IMG/VR virus record: IMGVR_UViG_3300023284_000581
Span: 1-52,582 of that record
DNA length: 52,582 nt
Source: a virus
Lineage: Duplodnaviria > Caudoviricetes
Direction: 5' to 3' (one strand)
Shown piece after piece: positions 18,155-26,822 of the stretch (within the stretch, counting starts at the first letter, position 1; each line of letters begins with the position of its first letter). The notes under the pieces are model-generated. The model was not told the DNA's origin and searched no databases. It saw nothing but the letters and a program-made list of their open reading frames with translations. Both the position numbers and the translations under genes were made by a program.

Positions 18155-19369
18155 ATGCCTTTCGACTTTGTATGGAATGGAACGGGTGACGCCGTTAATG
18201 GCGATGTTAAAAAGGCCAAGAACTGGGACGGCATCAGCATCGTCAATGCAACCTATCGGTGGGTAGCTAGTGCGTCTGGTACTAATGAGTTTTTCGTTGA
18301 GTTAGCCGGCGGCGGGGATCCGGGCATCTCCGAGCAACCCGACTTTGTGCAGGAACTAGACCCGGTAGACGGGCAAACCTACACCGACATGCCAGAGGGC
18401 ACACTGGGGGCCCTCGCGGTTGGTGAGTTTGATTATGGCGATAACGATACGCTGGGGTTCTCTACTGTCTATGTTCGATTGACCGACACGGCTACGCCGG
18501 ACCCCGACAATCAGAACGTCGATCACGTCCAATTCCTTGACGTGCCCTATGCCTCGCAAAACTGGGACGCAGGTAACGGCTCGCAAGCCATGAGCACCAA
18601 TCTGCAGGCGCTGACGGCCCTGACCTTTGTGGATGTGTCAATCGCCCAGGATTTCGCCGGGGCCATTGGATTGCTAAACGAACCTCTACGGTTCAAGGTT
18701 TCGGGCGTCCTGACCATCGGCTATCTCAAAACGGACGGCACCACGCCCACCGGATCCGGCCGTCTGCACATGGACATCCAGGACTCCAATTGCACGGTTA
18801 AGATTGAGCGGTCATCTGTCTCGCCAACAGATTCAGGATTCAACCCGATCCGGTTACTGGTCAGAAATTCATCGACCAAGATTTACCAGCGCGGCGGTTC
18901 GGCTTCTTACGGCGTGAATCCCGGCGACATCTTTACCGCAAGCCTTCTAAGCGTAAGCGGTGACATTGAGGCGGCGTTTGCGCGCGTCGGTTATCCGGGT
19001 GGCCAGGCCAATATCACGATCACTGATACCGATGCATGGGCCAATGGCGAGATCGTGGCCTACGACGGGCCCAGCGGCACACTCAACATCTTCGAGGGAA
19101 TCTATCGACTGTTAGGCCAAGGCGTGTTTGGCACCGCCAACATCCGCGAGACCGGCTTGTTTGAATTGTCGTCAACAGGCAATCACAGCAGCGCCACAAT
19201 AAACATTCATGACGCTACGCTCGATACCTTCGGCCTGGACGATCAGCCTATCACGATTGGCACCATCGACCTGAAGTCGTCGGGTGCCATCTTTAGAGAA
19301 TCCAAGAGTATTACCGTTACCACGCTGACCCGAAGCTACACGGGCAAGCGCGAGGTTTCGGTATCGTAA
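18155..19369 (+). CDS. Virion structural protein, probable tail fibre/spike
   Basis: 404 aa, Gly/Thr/Asp-rich with beta-solenoid-like C-terminus; end of tail block; AGGAG SD. Confidence 0.6.
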   Translation: MPFDFVWNGTGDAVNGDVKKAKNWDGISIVNATYRWVASASGTNEFFVELAGGGDPGISEQPDFVQELDPVDGQTYTDMPEGTLGALAVGEFDYGDNDTLGFSTVYVRLTDTATPDPDNQNVDHVQFLDVPYASQNWDAGNGSQAMSTNLQALTALTFVDVSIAQDFAGAIGLLNEPLRFKVSGVLTIGYLKTDGTTPTGSGRLHMDIQDSNCTVKIERSSVSPTDSGFNPIRLLVRNSSTKIYQRGGSASYGVNPGDIFTASLLSVSGDIEAAFARVGYPGGQANITITDTDAWANGEIVAYDGPSGTLNIFEGIYRLLGQGVFGTANIRETGLFELSSTGNHSSATINIHDATLDTFGLDDQPITIGTIDLKSSGAIFRESKSITVTTLTRSYTGKREVSVS

Positions 19370-19413
19370 TTTGTGACTCGGAAAATGGACGCATTTAACG
19401 AGAGGTTTTTAGT

Positions 19414-19614
19414 ATGTCCGATCAAGATCAACTTGACAGGATGGAAAGGCAACTTACATCTATCCATAAATACATCAACGGCCATAACGGCGCCCCCGGA
19501 CTAAAGGTGCGCGTCGATAGACTGGAGCGATTCCAGGCCACCGCATCTAAGTTGATTTGGCTAATTATCGTTGTGGGCATCACCAATATCGCGGTGTTGA
19601 TCCTGACGCGATAG
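19414..19614 (+). CDS. Small coiled-coil + single TM protein (holin-like / membrane protein)
   Basis: QLDRMERQL...GHNGAPGLKVRVDRLE then hydrophobic LIWLIIVVGITNIAVLIL. Confidence 0.65.
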   Translation: MSDQDQLDRMERQLTSIHKYINGHNGAPGLKVRVDRLERFQATASKLIWLIIVVGITNIAVLILTR

Positions 19615-19632
19615 CCCGTTTTCTCCCCTCCG

Positions 19633-19669
19633 GGAGTCGTTTGCCACGACCGGCAAACGGCTCCTTTTT
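19633..19669 (+). terminator. Intrinsic terminator closing the structural operon
   Basis: ggagtcgtttgcc-acgacc-ggcaaacggctcc followed by ttttt. Confidence 0.85.
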
Positions 19670-19677
19670 GCTATAAT

Positions 19678-19706
19678 AGCCCTATCCGCCGATAGGCGGG
19701 GCTTTT
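19678..19706 (+). terminator. Second terminator-like hairpin
   Basis: ccgcc-gata-ggcgg with outer agcc/ggct pairing, then tttt. Confidence 0.5.
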
Positions 19707-19856
19707 ATATGCGCCCCTTGTCATCCCAGTCCAAATCCGCCACAATGCCAGTGTTACACCCTTCAACTTGAATATCTGAACGGCCGTGCTCCGCCGGTGA
19801 CTTTTCTTCGGAAGGGTGTAACACATCGGCGGAGCCATTGCGCATTGAGGGGCGTG

Positions 19857-20087
19857 ATGGATAAGCAAGAGGCTGAAATTAGGCGAATCAAGCGCAAGCT
19901 CGCTCCTGTTAAAGCGTGTCTCGATGAAGCGCTCAGGGGCCTGCCTGTCGGTACGGCGGTTGTTGAAGGTGAGCATTATCGATACTTCATTGTCCGCAAG
20001 GATCTGAAAGACTTTTACGGTACGCCGTTGGCCGACGCGCTCCGTATCCAATTGCTGGCGATGCGCGACGACTTGGCGGGAAAATAG
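19857..20087 (+). CDS. Hypothetical protein
   Basis: GAGGGG SD before ATG at 19857. Confidence 0.45.
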   Translation: MDKQEAEIRRIKRKLAPVKACLDEALRGLPVGTAVVEGEHYRYFIVRKDLKDFYGTPLADALRIQLLAMRDDLAGK

Positions 20088-20168
20088 GCAGCCCACTGAA
20101 CAGCCGCGGCTACTGTCGCGGCAACCCAAGCAGGACGTCCCCTGCAAAGGTTTTGTTCATGGGCTGCC

Positions 20169-20906
20169 TTATTTCTTATGGGCTATTTTGATGATTTTAC
20201 AATCAACAAGGGATATGGAGTACGCCCGCCACCTGTCGCCTATTCGATGATTTACCTTTTTTATCGTACCTTCAAGAATAATTAAATCACCTTTTTTGAC
20301 ATTGGCTAATTGATCAATGTATTTGGTTGAGATCAAGCATTCAAGATCGCAGTGAATTCCTCTTCCTGAAATACTCAGAGATGGTGGCTTGCTGAATGCC
20401 GGCCAATTTGCTTTAAGTGGATTGCCTTTCAGGTAAAAGCCTTTTCCGATCACCCCTCGACTATTGACTTTCGATGCACCCCCTTTTGTATGGAACGTGA
20501 CTCTAATCGCTTTGCCTATCGACTTCATCTTTTTTTCTTGTGAATCGATCCGGTCTTGATAAATATCATTGGGGCTTTGGCCTACAGGTGGCAATACGCC
20601 AGTGGGAAAGGCCTTTGCCAATGCTTCAAACGATGGGATAATGCCCTCTTTCAGGGGTGCGGGAATCGGTTGCTTGCCGCCTCCCAGCGCCTTCACCTGC
20701 GCCACCAGCTTGGCCACCTGCGCCCGCAGCCGCGCGTTCTCAGCCTTGAGCTTAGCCAGTTCGCCCTTGGTGTCCTTGGTCTTGCCCTTATTGAGGATCG
20801 CCTGCGCCGCCCTTTGCCGCGCGGCCCGCGCCTCGACTTCGGCGGGGGTGTCGGCCAGGGTGGCGGTGGCGAGGATCATTCCTATTAGAATTGCCCGGGT
20901 AATCAT
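20169..20906 (-). CDS. Secreted coiled-coil + OB-fold (tRNA_anti-like) protein; lysogenic-conversion candidate
   Basis: Sec-type signal MITRAILIGMILATATLA, coiled coil ELAKLKAENARLRAQV, C-terminal LANVKKGDLIILEGTI...ISLVDCKI; AT-rich 3' half. Confidence 0.7.
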   Translation of the reverse strand: MITRAILIGMILATATLADTPAEVEARAARQRAAQAILNKGKTKDTKGELAKLKAENARLRAQVAKLVAQVKALGGGKQPIPAPLKEGIIPSFEALAKAFPTGVLPPVGQSPNDIYQDRIDSQEKKMKSIGKAIRVTFHTKGGASKVNSRGVIGKGFYLKGNPLKANWPAFSKPPSLSISGRGIHCDLECLISTKYIDQLANVKKGDLIILEGTIKKVNHRIGDRWRAYSISLVDCKIIKIAHKK

Positions 20907-20950
20907 GGTGAACTTACCTTTCTTCCCACGCTGTTTTAATCATATGCAGA

Positions 20951-21568
20951 CTATTTCAATCGGCTCACCAACATCATGCTTTTCCATAACCACACGCACC
21001 GACCCAGCCCACGAAACCCCACCACGTTAAAACCCTCTTTATTGAGCAGGGTTGTTAGCGATCGCTTCGACCAGAACTTAATATGTCCGCCGTCCCACGC
21101 GCTGTGATGAAAATCCCACCCGCCCGCCAGCGCGATAGCCAGGTTCTTTAGGTAGCCGTGGTATGGCGTCGTCAGGATCAGGTGACCTGATGGCCGCAGC
21201 GCCGCAGCGGCAAATTCCAGGAGCTTGCCCGGGTAATACAGGTGCTCAATCACTTCGCACGATATAACGGCGTCAAAGGTTTTACCCTCCAGCACATCAG
21301 GTGAGTCATAAACACTGCACTGGATAAACCGTGCATCGGGTACAAACTTCGTAGCCTTTTCGGTTCCCTTTTTATCGGTGTCACAGCCGGTTACCTGGAA
21401 CCCCGCATCGGCAAGATGCTTGGTCAGCAGCCCATTACCGCAGCCAAGATCCAATATGGTGGACGCGCCGATCTTTTGACACGCATCCACCAATGGACCA
21501 GCCAGGTACGATTCCGAGTAGCTGGGCACATCACCCCAGTTAAAATCGTCAATGACCATTTCAGTCAT
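20951..21568 (-). CDS. Class I SAM-dependent small-molecule/glycan methyltransferase (UbiG-like, Methyltransf_23)
   Basis: ILDLGCGNG motif I, FDAVISCEVIEH and LRPSGHLILTTP; no DNA-methyltransferase catalytic motif. Confidence 0.88.
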   Translation of the reverse strand: MTEMVIDDFNWGDVPSYSESYLAGPLVDACQKIGASTILDLGCGNGLLTKHLADAGFQVTGCDTDKKGTEKATKFVPDARFIQCSVYDSPDVLEGKTFDAVISCEVIEHLYYPGKLLEFAAAALRPSGHLILTTPYHGYLKNLAIALAGGWDFHHSAWDGGHIKFWSKRSLTTLLNKEGFNVVGFRGLGRCVWLWKSMMLVSRLK

Positions 21569-21582
21569 CTCGGCCCCCTTAC

Positions 21583-21591
21583 TTATCCACA
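21583..21591. promoter_or_regulatory. Perfect DnaA box TTATCCACA
   Basis: Exact consensus about 15 nt upstream of the methyltransferase ATG. Confidence 0.45.
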
Positions 21592-21719
21592 AAAAGTCCA
21601 CAACCTCTTAAATCCAATTGCCGTCACAATTTGGCGCACACTTGAGTTATCGACAGCTTGTTATAATATTCGTGGCCATACCGGGACGGCCACCATTTCC
21701 AATCCGGTGGAGACAACTC

Positions 21720-21947
21720 ATGCGTGATACTTACCCCGTTGTACTCGTGCCCAATCCCCAGCCAGACGACCAAGGCCAACCCTTTTGCGTCATTCGGGAC
21801 CACGACGCCGAAACGATTTGGGTCTGGCGCGATGCGCCACCTGACCGCGTTCGCCAGGGGTTTGAGGCGATTGGGGTCAACTGCCCCTGGGCGGTCGTTT
21901 CGGAGTTCCAATCGTACTTCCAGTACCAACCTCCTGGGGTGGTTTAG
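21720..21947 (+). CDS. Hypothetical protein with its own extended -10 promoter
   Basis: TGtTATAAT at 21659-21667 and GGAG SD; converges on and overlaps the 3' end of the putative repressor. Confidence 0.45.
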   Translation: MRDTYPVVLVPNPQPDDQGQPFCVIRDHDAETIWVWRDAPPDRVRQGFEAIGVNCPWAVVSEFQSYFQYQPPGVV

Positions 21948-22173
21948 GCTTTTTCCCCGCTGCCAAACGCTCTAAAAGCATCTTTGCATACCAGGGCTCC
22001 AGTGTTTCTGGCACGCCGCGCAATATCGCTGACTGCAATTCGTCTGGCTGTTGTTCAAACCAGGGCAATAGACGGTCAAGGACGTATTGCTCCGACTGAT
22101 CAAACTTGTCCTTTATCCGCTTCACTGTCGCTAAGGACAGACTCGAAGCCGGAATACTTGTACGTTTAGCCAT
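21877..22173 (-). CDS. Putative repressor (RHH-like N-terminus)
   Basis: Divergent from the 22312 gene across operator repeats; GGGAG SD; beta-helix-helix-like N-terminus. No S24 peptidase domain. Confidence 0.55.
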   Translation of the reverse strand: MAKRTSIPASSLSLATVKRIKDKFDQSEQYVLDRLLPWFEQQPDELQSAILRGVPETLEPWYAKMLLERLAAGKKPKPPQEVGTGSTIGTPKRPPRGS

Positions 22174-22192
22174 TTCTCGCTCCCACCAAGCG

Positions 22193-22305
22193 AATGTATA
22201 AAAAAATATACAGAATGCAACCCCTTTATATAGATAGGGTTGTGTAATTCTATACACAAATTGTGTACAGAACTGCTTGCATTGTGTAATAAGTTACACC
22301 ATAAT
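22193..22305. promoter_or_regulatory. Lysis/lysogeny switch: two divergent promoters and three palindromic operators TGTRTA-N6-TAYACA
   Basis: Operators at 22195-22212, 22241-22258 and 22283-22300. Rightward TTGCAT(22277)-17-CATAAT; leftward TTGCAT(22220)-16-TACATT. Confidence 0.8.
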
Positions 22306-22311
22306 GCGGTC

Positions 22312-22689
22312 ATGGTTAACAGAACAACCGTTGCCGTATCTCGAGAGACGCACGACAAGCTCAAGCTGATCGCCGAGCGCGATAGCCGGACAATCAGCGG
22401 AGTAGTTGCTGTTCTTGTACGTGATGACCTGGCGGCCCACGCGAACGGCAAAGGTGTTGGCAATAGCAAAGCATCCCAGTCCTCCTTAAACGAAGAACCG
22501 GTCAGCCCAGACCGAGATATGTCGTCGGCTCCATCCGCGCCAACGGAAAGCGAGCCGGTCAACGGCGAGCGTGGCAGTGACCACGACGCCGACAGCGACA
22601 AAAGCGAATCATCCGTGATTGAAACAGCCGCCCACCAAGGCGGATCAGATACAGACCGCGGGCCCGAATCGGGTGGCGGTCGAACTTAG
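22312..22689 (+). CDS. Arc/CopG-like ribbon-helix-helix regulator (Cro analogue) with disordered tail
   Basis: TTVAVSRETHDKLKLIAERDSRTISGVVAVLV is a classic RHH; first gene of the early operon. Confidence 0.8.
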   Translation: MVNRTTVAVSRETHDKLKLIAERDSRTISGVVAVLVRDDLAAHANGKGVGNSKASQSSLNEEPVSPDRDMSSAPSAPTESEPVNGERGSDHDADSDKSESSVIETAAHQGGSDTDRGPESGGGRT

Positions 22690-22804
22690 TTTGGAGGGAG
22701 GTTTGCGGCGTGATGTGTAGGAGCTGATCGCCGCGGCCTCCGGTTTAGAACCGTGTCCGCCTCAACTCTAACGAGCAAGGCGGGCCCAAGTCAAGGGGTT
22801 TGTC

Positions 22805-23161
22805 GTGGCCGAAACGAAAGAACAGCAAACAACGGCGCGGACGCAGGGGAAGTTGATTGCCATTCCACCTGATGAGGTATGGACCGCGTGGGTCATTCAA
22901 ACCACTGATGACGAGAAGCTGGCAGATGGCATTGAATCCGGCGATGAAGAAAAGGACGCGGCCAACGCCCATCACCTCGCCCACTGCTGGAATACGCACG
23001 ATGAACTGGTGGACGCACTTGGGATATTCGCCGACGGGGCGGAAATCGGCAAAGAGTGGAACGACAAGAAAGACGATGAACTGATCACCGTGGCGATGAC
23101 CGCGGGCGAATTGCGTCACATCCTCAAGCTGTACGCCGCCGCCCAGGAGCCAACGTCGTGA
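22805..23161 (+). CDS. Hypothetical early protein (paralogue of 23804-24319)
   Basis: RTQGK... and HLAHCWNTHDELVDAL are shared with 23804-24319. Confidence 0.65.
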   Translation: MAETKEQQTTARTQGKLIAIPPDEVWTAWVIQTTDDEKLADGIESGDEEKDAANAHHLAHCWNTHDELVDALGIFADGAEIGKEWNDKKDDELITVAMTAGELRHILKLYAAAQEPTS

Positions 23162-23340
23162 ACCAAATCAATCCAATCGTCGCCAGCCCCCAAGAGACCA
23201 TCGCGGTCCGCGCGCTGAATCAGTACGACGATCACAACAAACTCGACGATCCCAAGCCCCAACTACCAAGCCCCCGAAATCCGGCTGGGTCGCATGACGA
23301 GCGCGGCCTGGCCGGTCTTTTAACAAGCGAGAGATCATGA
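23158..23340 (+). CDS. Hypothetical protein
   Basis: GTGA/ATGA overlaps and AGGAG SD. Confidence 0.45.
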   Translation: MNQINPIVASPQETIAVRALNQYDDHNKLDDPKPQLPSPRNPAGSHDERGLAGLLTSERS

Positions 23341-23807
23341 GCGAGCAAGCCACACGATCACAGCCAGACTTTAGAGCTATGGCCGAAAACTTTGCCAAGA
23401 CGATGCATTGCAATTGCGATCTAGATAACTGGCAGCCCGAACCAGATACCGGGCATTCCCATGTGTGCAGAATCCATAGGGCTGCAAAGGACGCGAGGCG
23501 TGATGATGCTGGTTACATCGGGAAACAAGTGCCCATTCCCGCTAAACCCAAAGCGCCACAGCCCGAATCGCGAAAGATCGATGACGGCGGGCCAATCCTT
23601 CCCGGCCCTTGCCAGCATGAAACCAACATTGATATTCACGAAGGCATGTCGCTTCGTGAGTGGTATGCGGGGCAGGCGTTGGCGGGGATGACCGCCACAG
23701 CCTATCTAGCGGCTGCTGGTGAGATGAGCATTCCGGCGGCCGCCAAGGATCTTGCAGAGATTTGTTTCGCTACCGCCGACGCCTTGATCGCTGCGAGTAA
23801 ATCATGA
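23337..23807 (+). CDS. Conserved phage hypothetical protein (DGGP..P...GMSLR.WYAGQAL family)
   Basis: DDGGPILP...GMSLREWYAGQALAGM...ADALIAA motif, common in phage early regions. Confidence 0.7.
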   Translation: MSEQATRSQPDFRAMAENFAKTMHCNCDLDNWQPEPDTGHSHVCRIHRAAKDARRDDAGYIGKQVPIPAKPKAPQPESRKIDDGGPILPGPCQHETNIDIHEGMSLREWYAGQALAGMTATAYLAAAGEMSIPAAAKDLAEICFATADALIAASKS

Positions 23808-24319
23808 CCGACACACCCCCCAAACCAAAGCGCACGCAGGGAAAGATCGCCTGGTTCGCCAATCGCAAGACCGGCACGGCCTATCTTGCCACGCCGAATC
23901 GTGGTCGCGTGTTTGTGCTCAGCGCGGACCGCAATAGGCAGATCCTCGCGCAAGACCACAAGCCCGATTGCGACGGAAACTGTCGGGGTTGTGGCATCAT
24001 GAAGCCTATCCACGAATTCGGCGAAGCGGACCATAACGGCGAAGTCGCGGTAGACCATCCGGATCTTAACCATCTCGTGTACTGCTGGAATGCGCATGAG
24101 GAATTGGTCGCGGCGTTGAAAGCGCAGAAGTTTTACCGCACGCACGGAGCCTACCTGTATTGCGCTGAGTACGGAATTAATTGGAGATCGCTTTTCAAAC
24201 AAGATGATGTTGCGCCGGGCAATGCTGTTGACGCTGGCGTTAATGGACTGGCGACCGGAGATGTTCAGAGGCGTGCTAATGAAGCCCTCGCGAATCTGCC
24301 GTTTGAGGACCAATCATGA
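23804..24319 (+). CDS. Hypothetical early protein
   Basis: Coupled ORF; NHLVYCWNAHEELVAAL motif and an inserted CxxxCxxC. Confidence 0.65.
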   Translation: MTDTPPKPKRTQGKIAWFANRKTGTAYLATPNRGRVFVLSADRNRQILAQDHKPDCDGNCRGCGIMKPIHEFGEADHNGEVAVDHPDLNHLVYCWNAHEELVAALKAQKFYRTHGAYLYCAEYGINWRSLFKQDDVAPGNAVDAGVNGLATGDVQRRANEALANLPFEDQS

Positions 24320-24609
24320 CCACCACGGCCCCACAATCCGAACTGCTTCTCTCGATGTCCGACTTGCGCAAGAGCCGGGCGCGTCGGGCGGCCCATCGGG
24401 CACAAGGCGCGACTGATCGGATCAAGCACTGGCTTGGGAAGAAAGACCAGATGGTCGCGGCCTGCAATCAGGGCGGGGCCCAGCAATGCGAACAGCAGGT
24501 CCAGATCGCGATCCTCGATCGCAACCGGGCAATCATCGAATGCGCGGAGCATAACCAGATGGCCGACGAACTAATCACCGGGGCCGCACAACAAGGAGAA
24601 ATCGAATGA
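24316..24609 (+). CDS. Hypothetical protein
   Basis: Coupled ORF (ATGA overlaps). Confidence 0.55.
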   Translation: MTTTAPQSELLLSMSDLRKSRARRAAHRAQGATDRIKHWLGKKDQMVAACNQGGAQQCEQQVQIAILDRNRAIIECAEHNQMADELITGAAQQGEIE

Positions 24610-25892
24610 TCAAGATCGTTGAACTTCAATCGGAAAACGTTAAGCGCCTCCGGGCCGTCACGATCACGCCCCAGGGTAACACGGTGGTGATCGCCGGCGA
24701 CAACGAGCAGGGCAAATCCAGCGCGTTGGACTCCATCCAATATGCCTTTGACGGCAAGCGATCGATCCCGTCCGACCCGGTTCGCCACGGCGAGGAAAGC
24801 GCGACGATCAATATCAAACTCAGCAACGGCCTGACCGTGACCCGAACGATCACGCCCGAGGGCAAGAGCCAGCTTGTGGTGAAGAATGCTGACGGCCATC
24901 GGATGTCCAGCCCGCAATCCATCCTGGACGCCATGACGGGATCAATCGCGTTCGATCCGCTTGAGTTTAGTCGGATGAAATCGAAGGATCAGGCTCGGAC
25001 GGTGCGCGAACTGCTGGGCCTGGATTTTACAGAATTGGATCAAAGGCGCGACGGGCTTTACAACCAGCGGACGGATGTGAACCGCGAGGCCAAGCGGCTG
25101 GAAGGTGTGGTACTTACATACAGCCATGATCCTGACACGCCGGACGAAGAGGTTTTGATCGCGGATCTGTCGGTGGAATTGGAGCGCAGACGCACAGTTA
25201 ACCGGGATAACCAGTCGCGGCGCGATGGCCTCGCAACCCAAATACAAACCCAGGAGGCCAAGCTTGAGCGCCTGGCGGGAATTCAGCAACAGATCGAGGA
25301 ACTACGGAAAGCCGAACAGGAATTGAATGGCTCGATCGACGCGAACCAAAAGGTTCTTGACGCTGATGCGATCGGCATCGAAAAGCTCAAGGATCTCGAT
25401 ACCCAATTCGTTGTCGGTCAAATCTCATCGGCCGAGGATACGAACGCGAAAGTCAGAGCCAACCAAGCGTTCCAACAAGCGTCCGAGCAGGCCAAGGCCA
25501 AGAATCAAGAGTCGGCGAAACTCACCGAACAAATCGAATCGATCGACCAGGACAAGCAGAAGCAACTCACGGCGGCAGATATGCCGGTCCCCGGTCTGTC
25601 CTTTGACGAAAGCGGCGTGCAACTCGACGGCGTTCCGCTCGAGCAGGCTTCGAGCGCCCAGAAGCTAAAGACCTCGATCGCCATGGGCATCGCGATGAAC
25701 CCCGAGCTGCGGGTCCAGTTGATCCGCGAGGGCTCGGCACTTGACGGCAAGTCCATGAAGATCGTCGAAGACATGGCCGAACAACACGACATGCAAATCT
25801 GGATCGAACGTGTGGGCCAGGACGCCGACGCGACGGTCATCATCGAAGACGGCCAGGTGGCCGCCGCATTGGAAACCGTACCTGCTGAATAG
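24606..25892 (+). CDS. SMC/Rad50-like ABC ATPase with coiled coil
   Basis: Walker A GDNEQGKSS, long coiled coil, signature-like QASSAQ, Walker B-like QLIREGSALD. Confidence 0.85.
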   Translation: MIKIVELQSENVKRLRAVTITPQGNTVVIAGDNEQGKSSALDSIQYAFDGKRSIPSDPVRHGEESATINIKLSNGLTVTRTITPEGKSQLVVKNADGHRMSSPQSILDAMTGSIAFDPLEFSRMKSKDQARTVRELLGLDFTELDQRRDGLYNQRTDVNREAKRLEGVVLTYSHDPDTPDEEVLIADLSVELERRRTVNRDNQSRRDGLATQIQTQEAKLERLAGIQQQIEELRKAEQELNGSIDANQKVLDADAIGIEKLKDLDTQFVVGQISSAEDTNAKVRANQAFQQASEQAKAKNQESAKLTEQIESIDQDKQKQLTAADMPVPGLSFDESGVQLDGVPLEQASSAQKLKTSIAMGIAMNPELRVQLIREGSALDGKSMKIVEDMAEQHDMQIWIERVGQDADATVIIEDGQVAAALETVPAE

Positions 25893-25904
25893 AAAGGGGA
25901 TCAC

Positions 25905-26822
25905 TTGATCACCAAAGCCCAAAAATTAGACATTGGTTTCTTCCCAAACGTCCCGATGGAGACCTATCGCCAGTGGCCGGAGATGAACGCCAGCACGCTC
26001 ATTTGGGGCATGGTGTCGGAGAAGCACTTGAAGGCGTCCCTCGATGGTCGGATGGATCACGACTCCCCCGCCATGGCATTCGGCCGAGCCTATCACGCGG
26101 CGTTGCTGGAGCCCGAGGTATTCAAGAACGAATACCGCGAAGCCCAAAACTGCCAGGTCCTGATGAAGAGCGGCAAGCGAGCAGGGGAGGCTTGCGGCGC
26201 GGCCGGCAAGACCCTGATGGGCGACGATGTTTGGGCGTGCGGCAAACACAACGAAGGGTCAGACCCGGACGAGAACGCGCTGGCGTCCCATGAATTTGCA
26301 GCGATCAGATCAATGCGATCGGAGGTCATGGCGCACGATGTGGTGAAGCTGCTCCGCCAGGCCGGCGGTTTTGAAATCTCTGCGCGGGCTCGCTTCATGA
26401 ATGTCGACGTGAAGATCCGCCTCGACAAGTACATACCGTTGGTCGATGGGCTCGACAGTTCGTACATCATTGATTTGAAGAAGACCCGGCGCGGCAAGGT
26501 TACGTCCAGCAAATGGGAAGCCGAAGTCCTCAACTATCACTATCACGTAAAGGCCTCGTGGTATCGAGACATCGCTGCTGAACTGACGGGCGACATGCCC
26601 AGGTTCATCTGGATCGCACAAGAGGATGAGGCGCCGTACGACGTTGGGGTGTATGAGCAGGATCAGGAAAGTTACGAGATTGGTCGGTGGGAATACCGCA
26701 ATCTAGTCGCCAAATTCATTAACTGCACAGCCAGCGGCAATTGGCCGGGTGTCTGCCAGGACATCGTTGACTCCGGCCTTCCCGAATGGCATGTCAAGCA
26801 GATGAGGAGGATCATGCTGTGA
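25905..26822 (+). CDS. PD-(D/E)XK exonuclease, RecE/ExoVIII-like (DUF3799)
   Basis: AMAFGRAYHAALLEP, KIRLD...IIDLKKT and YHYHVKASWY motifs; directly upstream of RecT. Confidence 0.85.
   Translation: MITKAQKLDIGFFPNVPMETYRQWPEMNASTLIWGMVSEKHLKASLDGRMDHDSPAMAFGRAYHAALLEPEVFKNEYREAQNCQVLMKSGKRAGEACGAAGKTLMGDDVWACGKHNEGSDPDENALASHEFAAIRSMRSEVMAHDVVKLLRQAGGFEISARARFMNVDVKIRLDKYIPLVDGLDSSYIIDLKKTRRGKVTSSKWEAEVLNYHYHVKASWYRDIAAELTGDMPRFIWIAQEDEAPYDVGVYEQDQESYEIGRWEYRNLVAKFINCTASGNWPGVCQDIVDSGLPEWHVKQMRRIML

Noticed and set aside
20951-21568. Third DNA methyltransferase or true ubiG auxiliary metabolic gene
   Set aside because: Lacks DPPY/NPPY/PC motifs, and also lacks the UbiG-specific N-terminal region, so no gene symbol was assigned.
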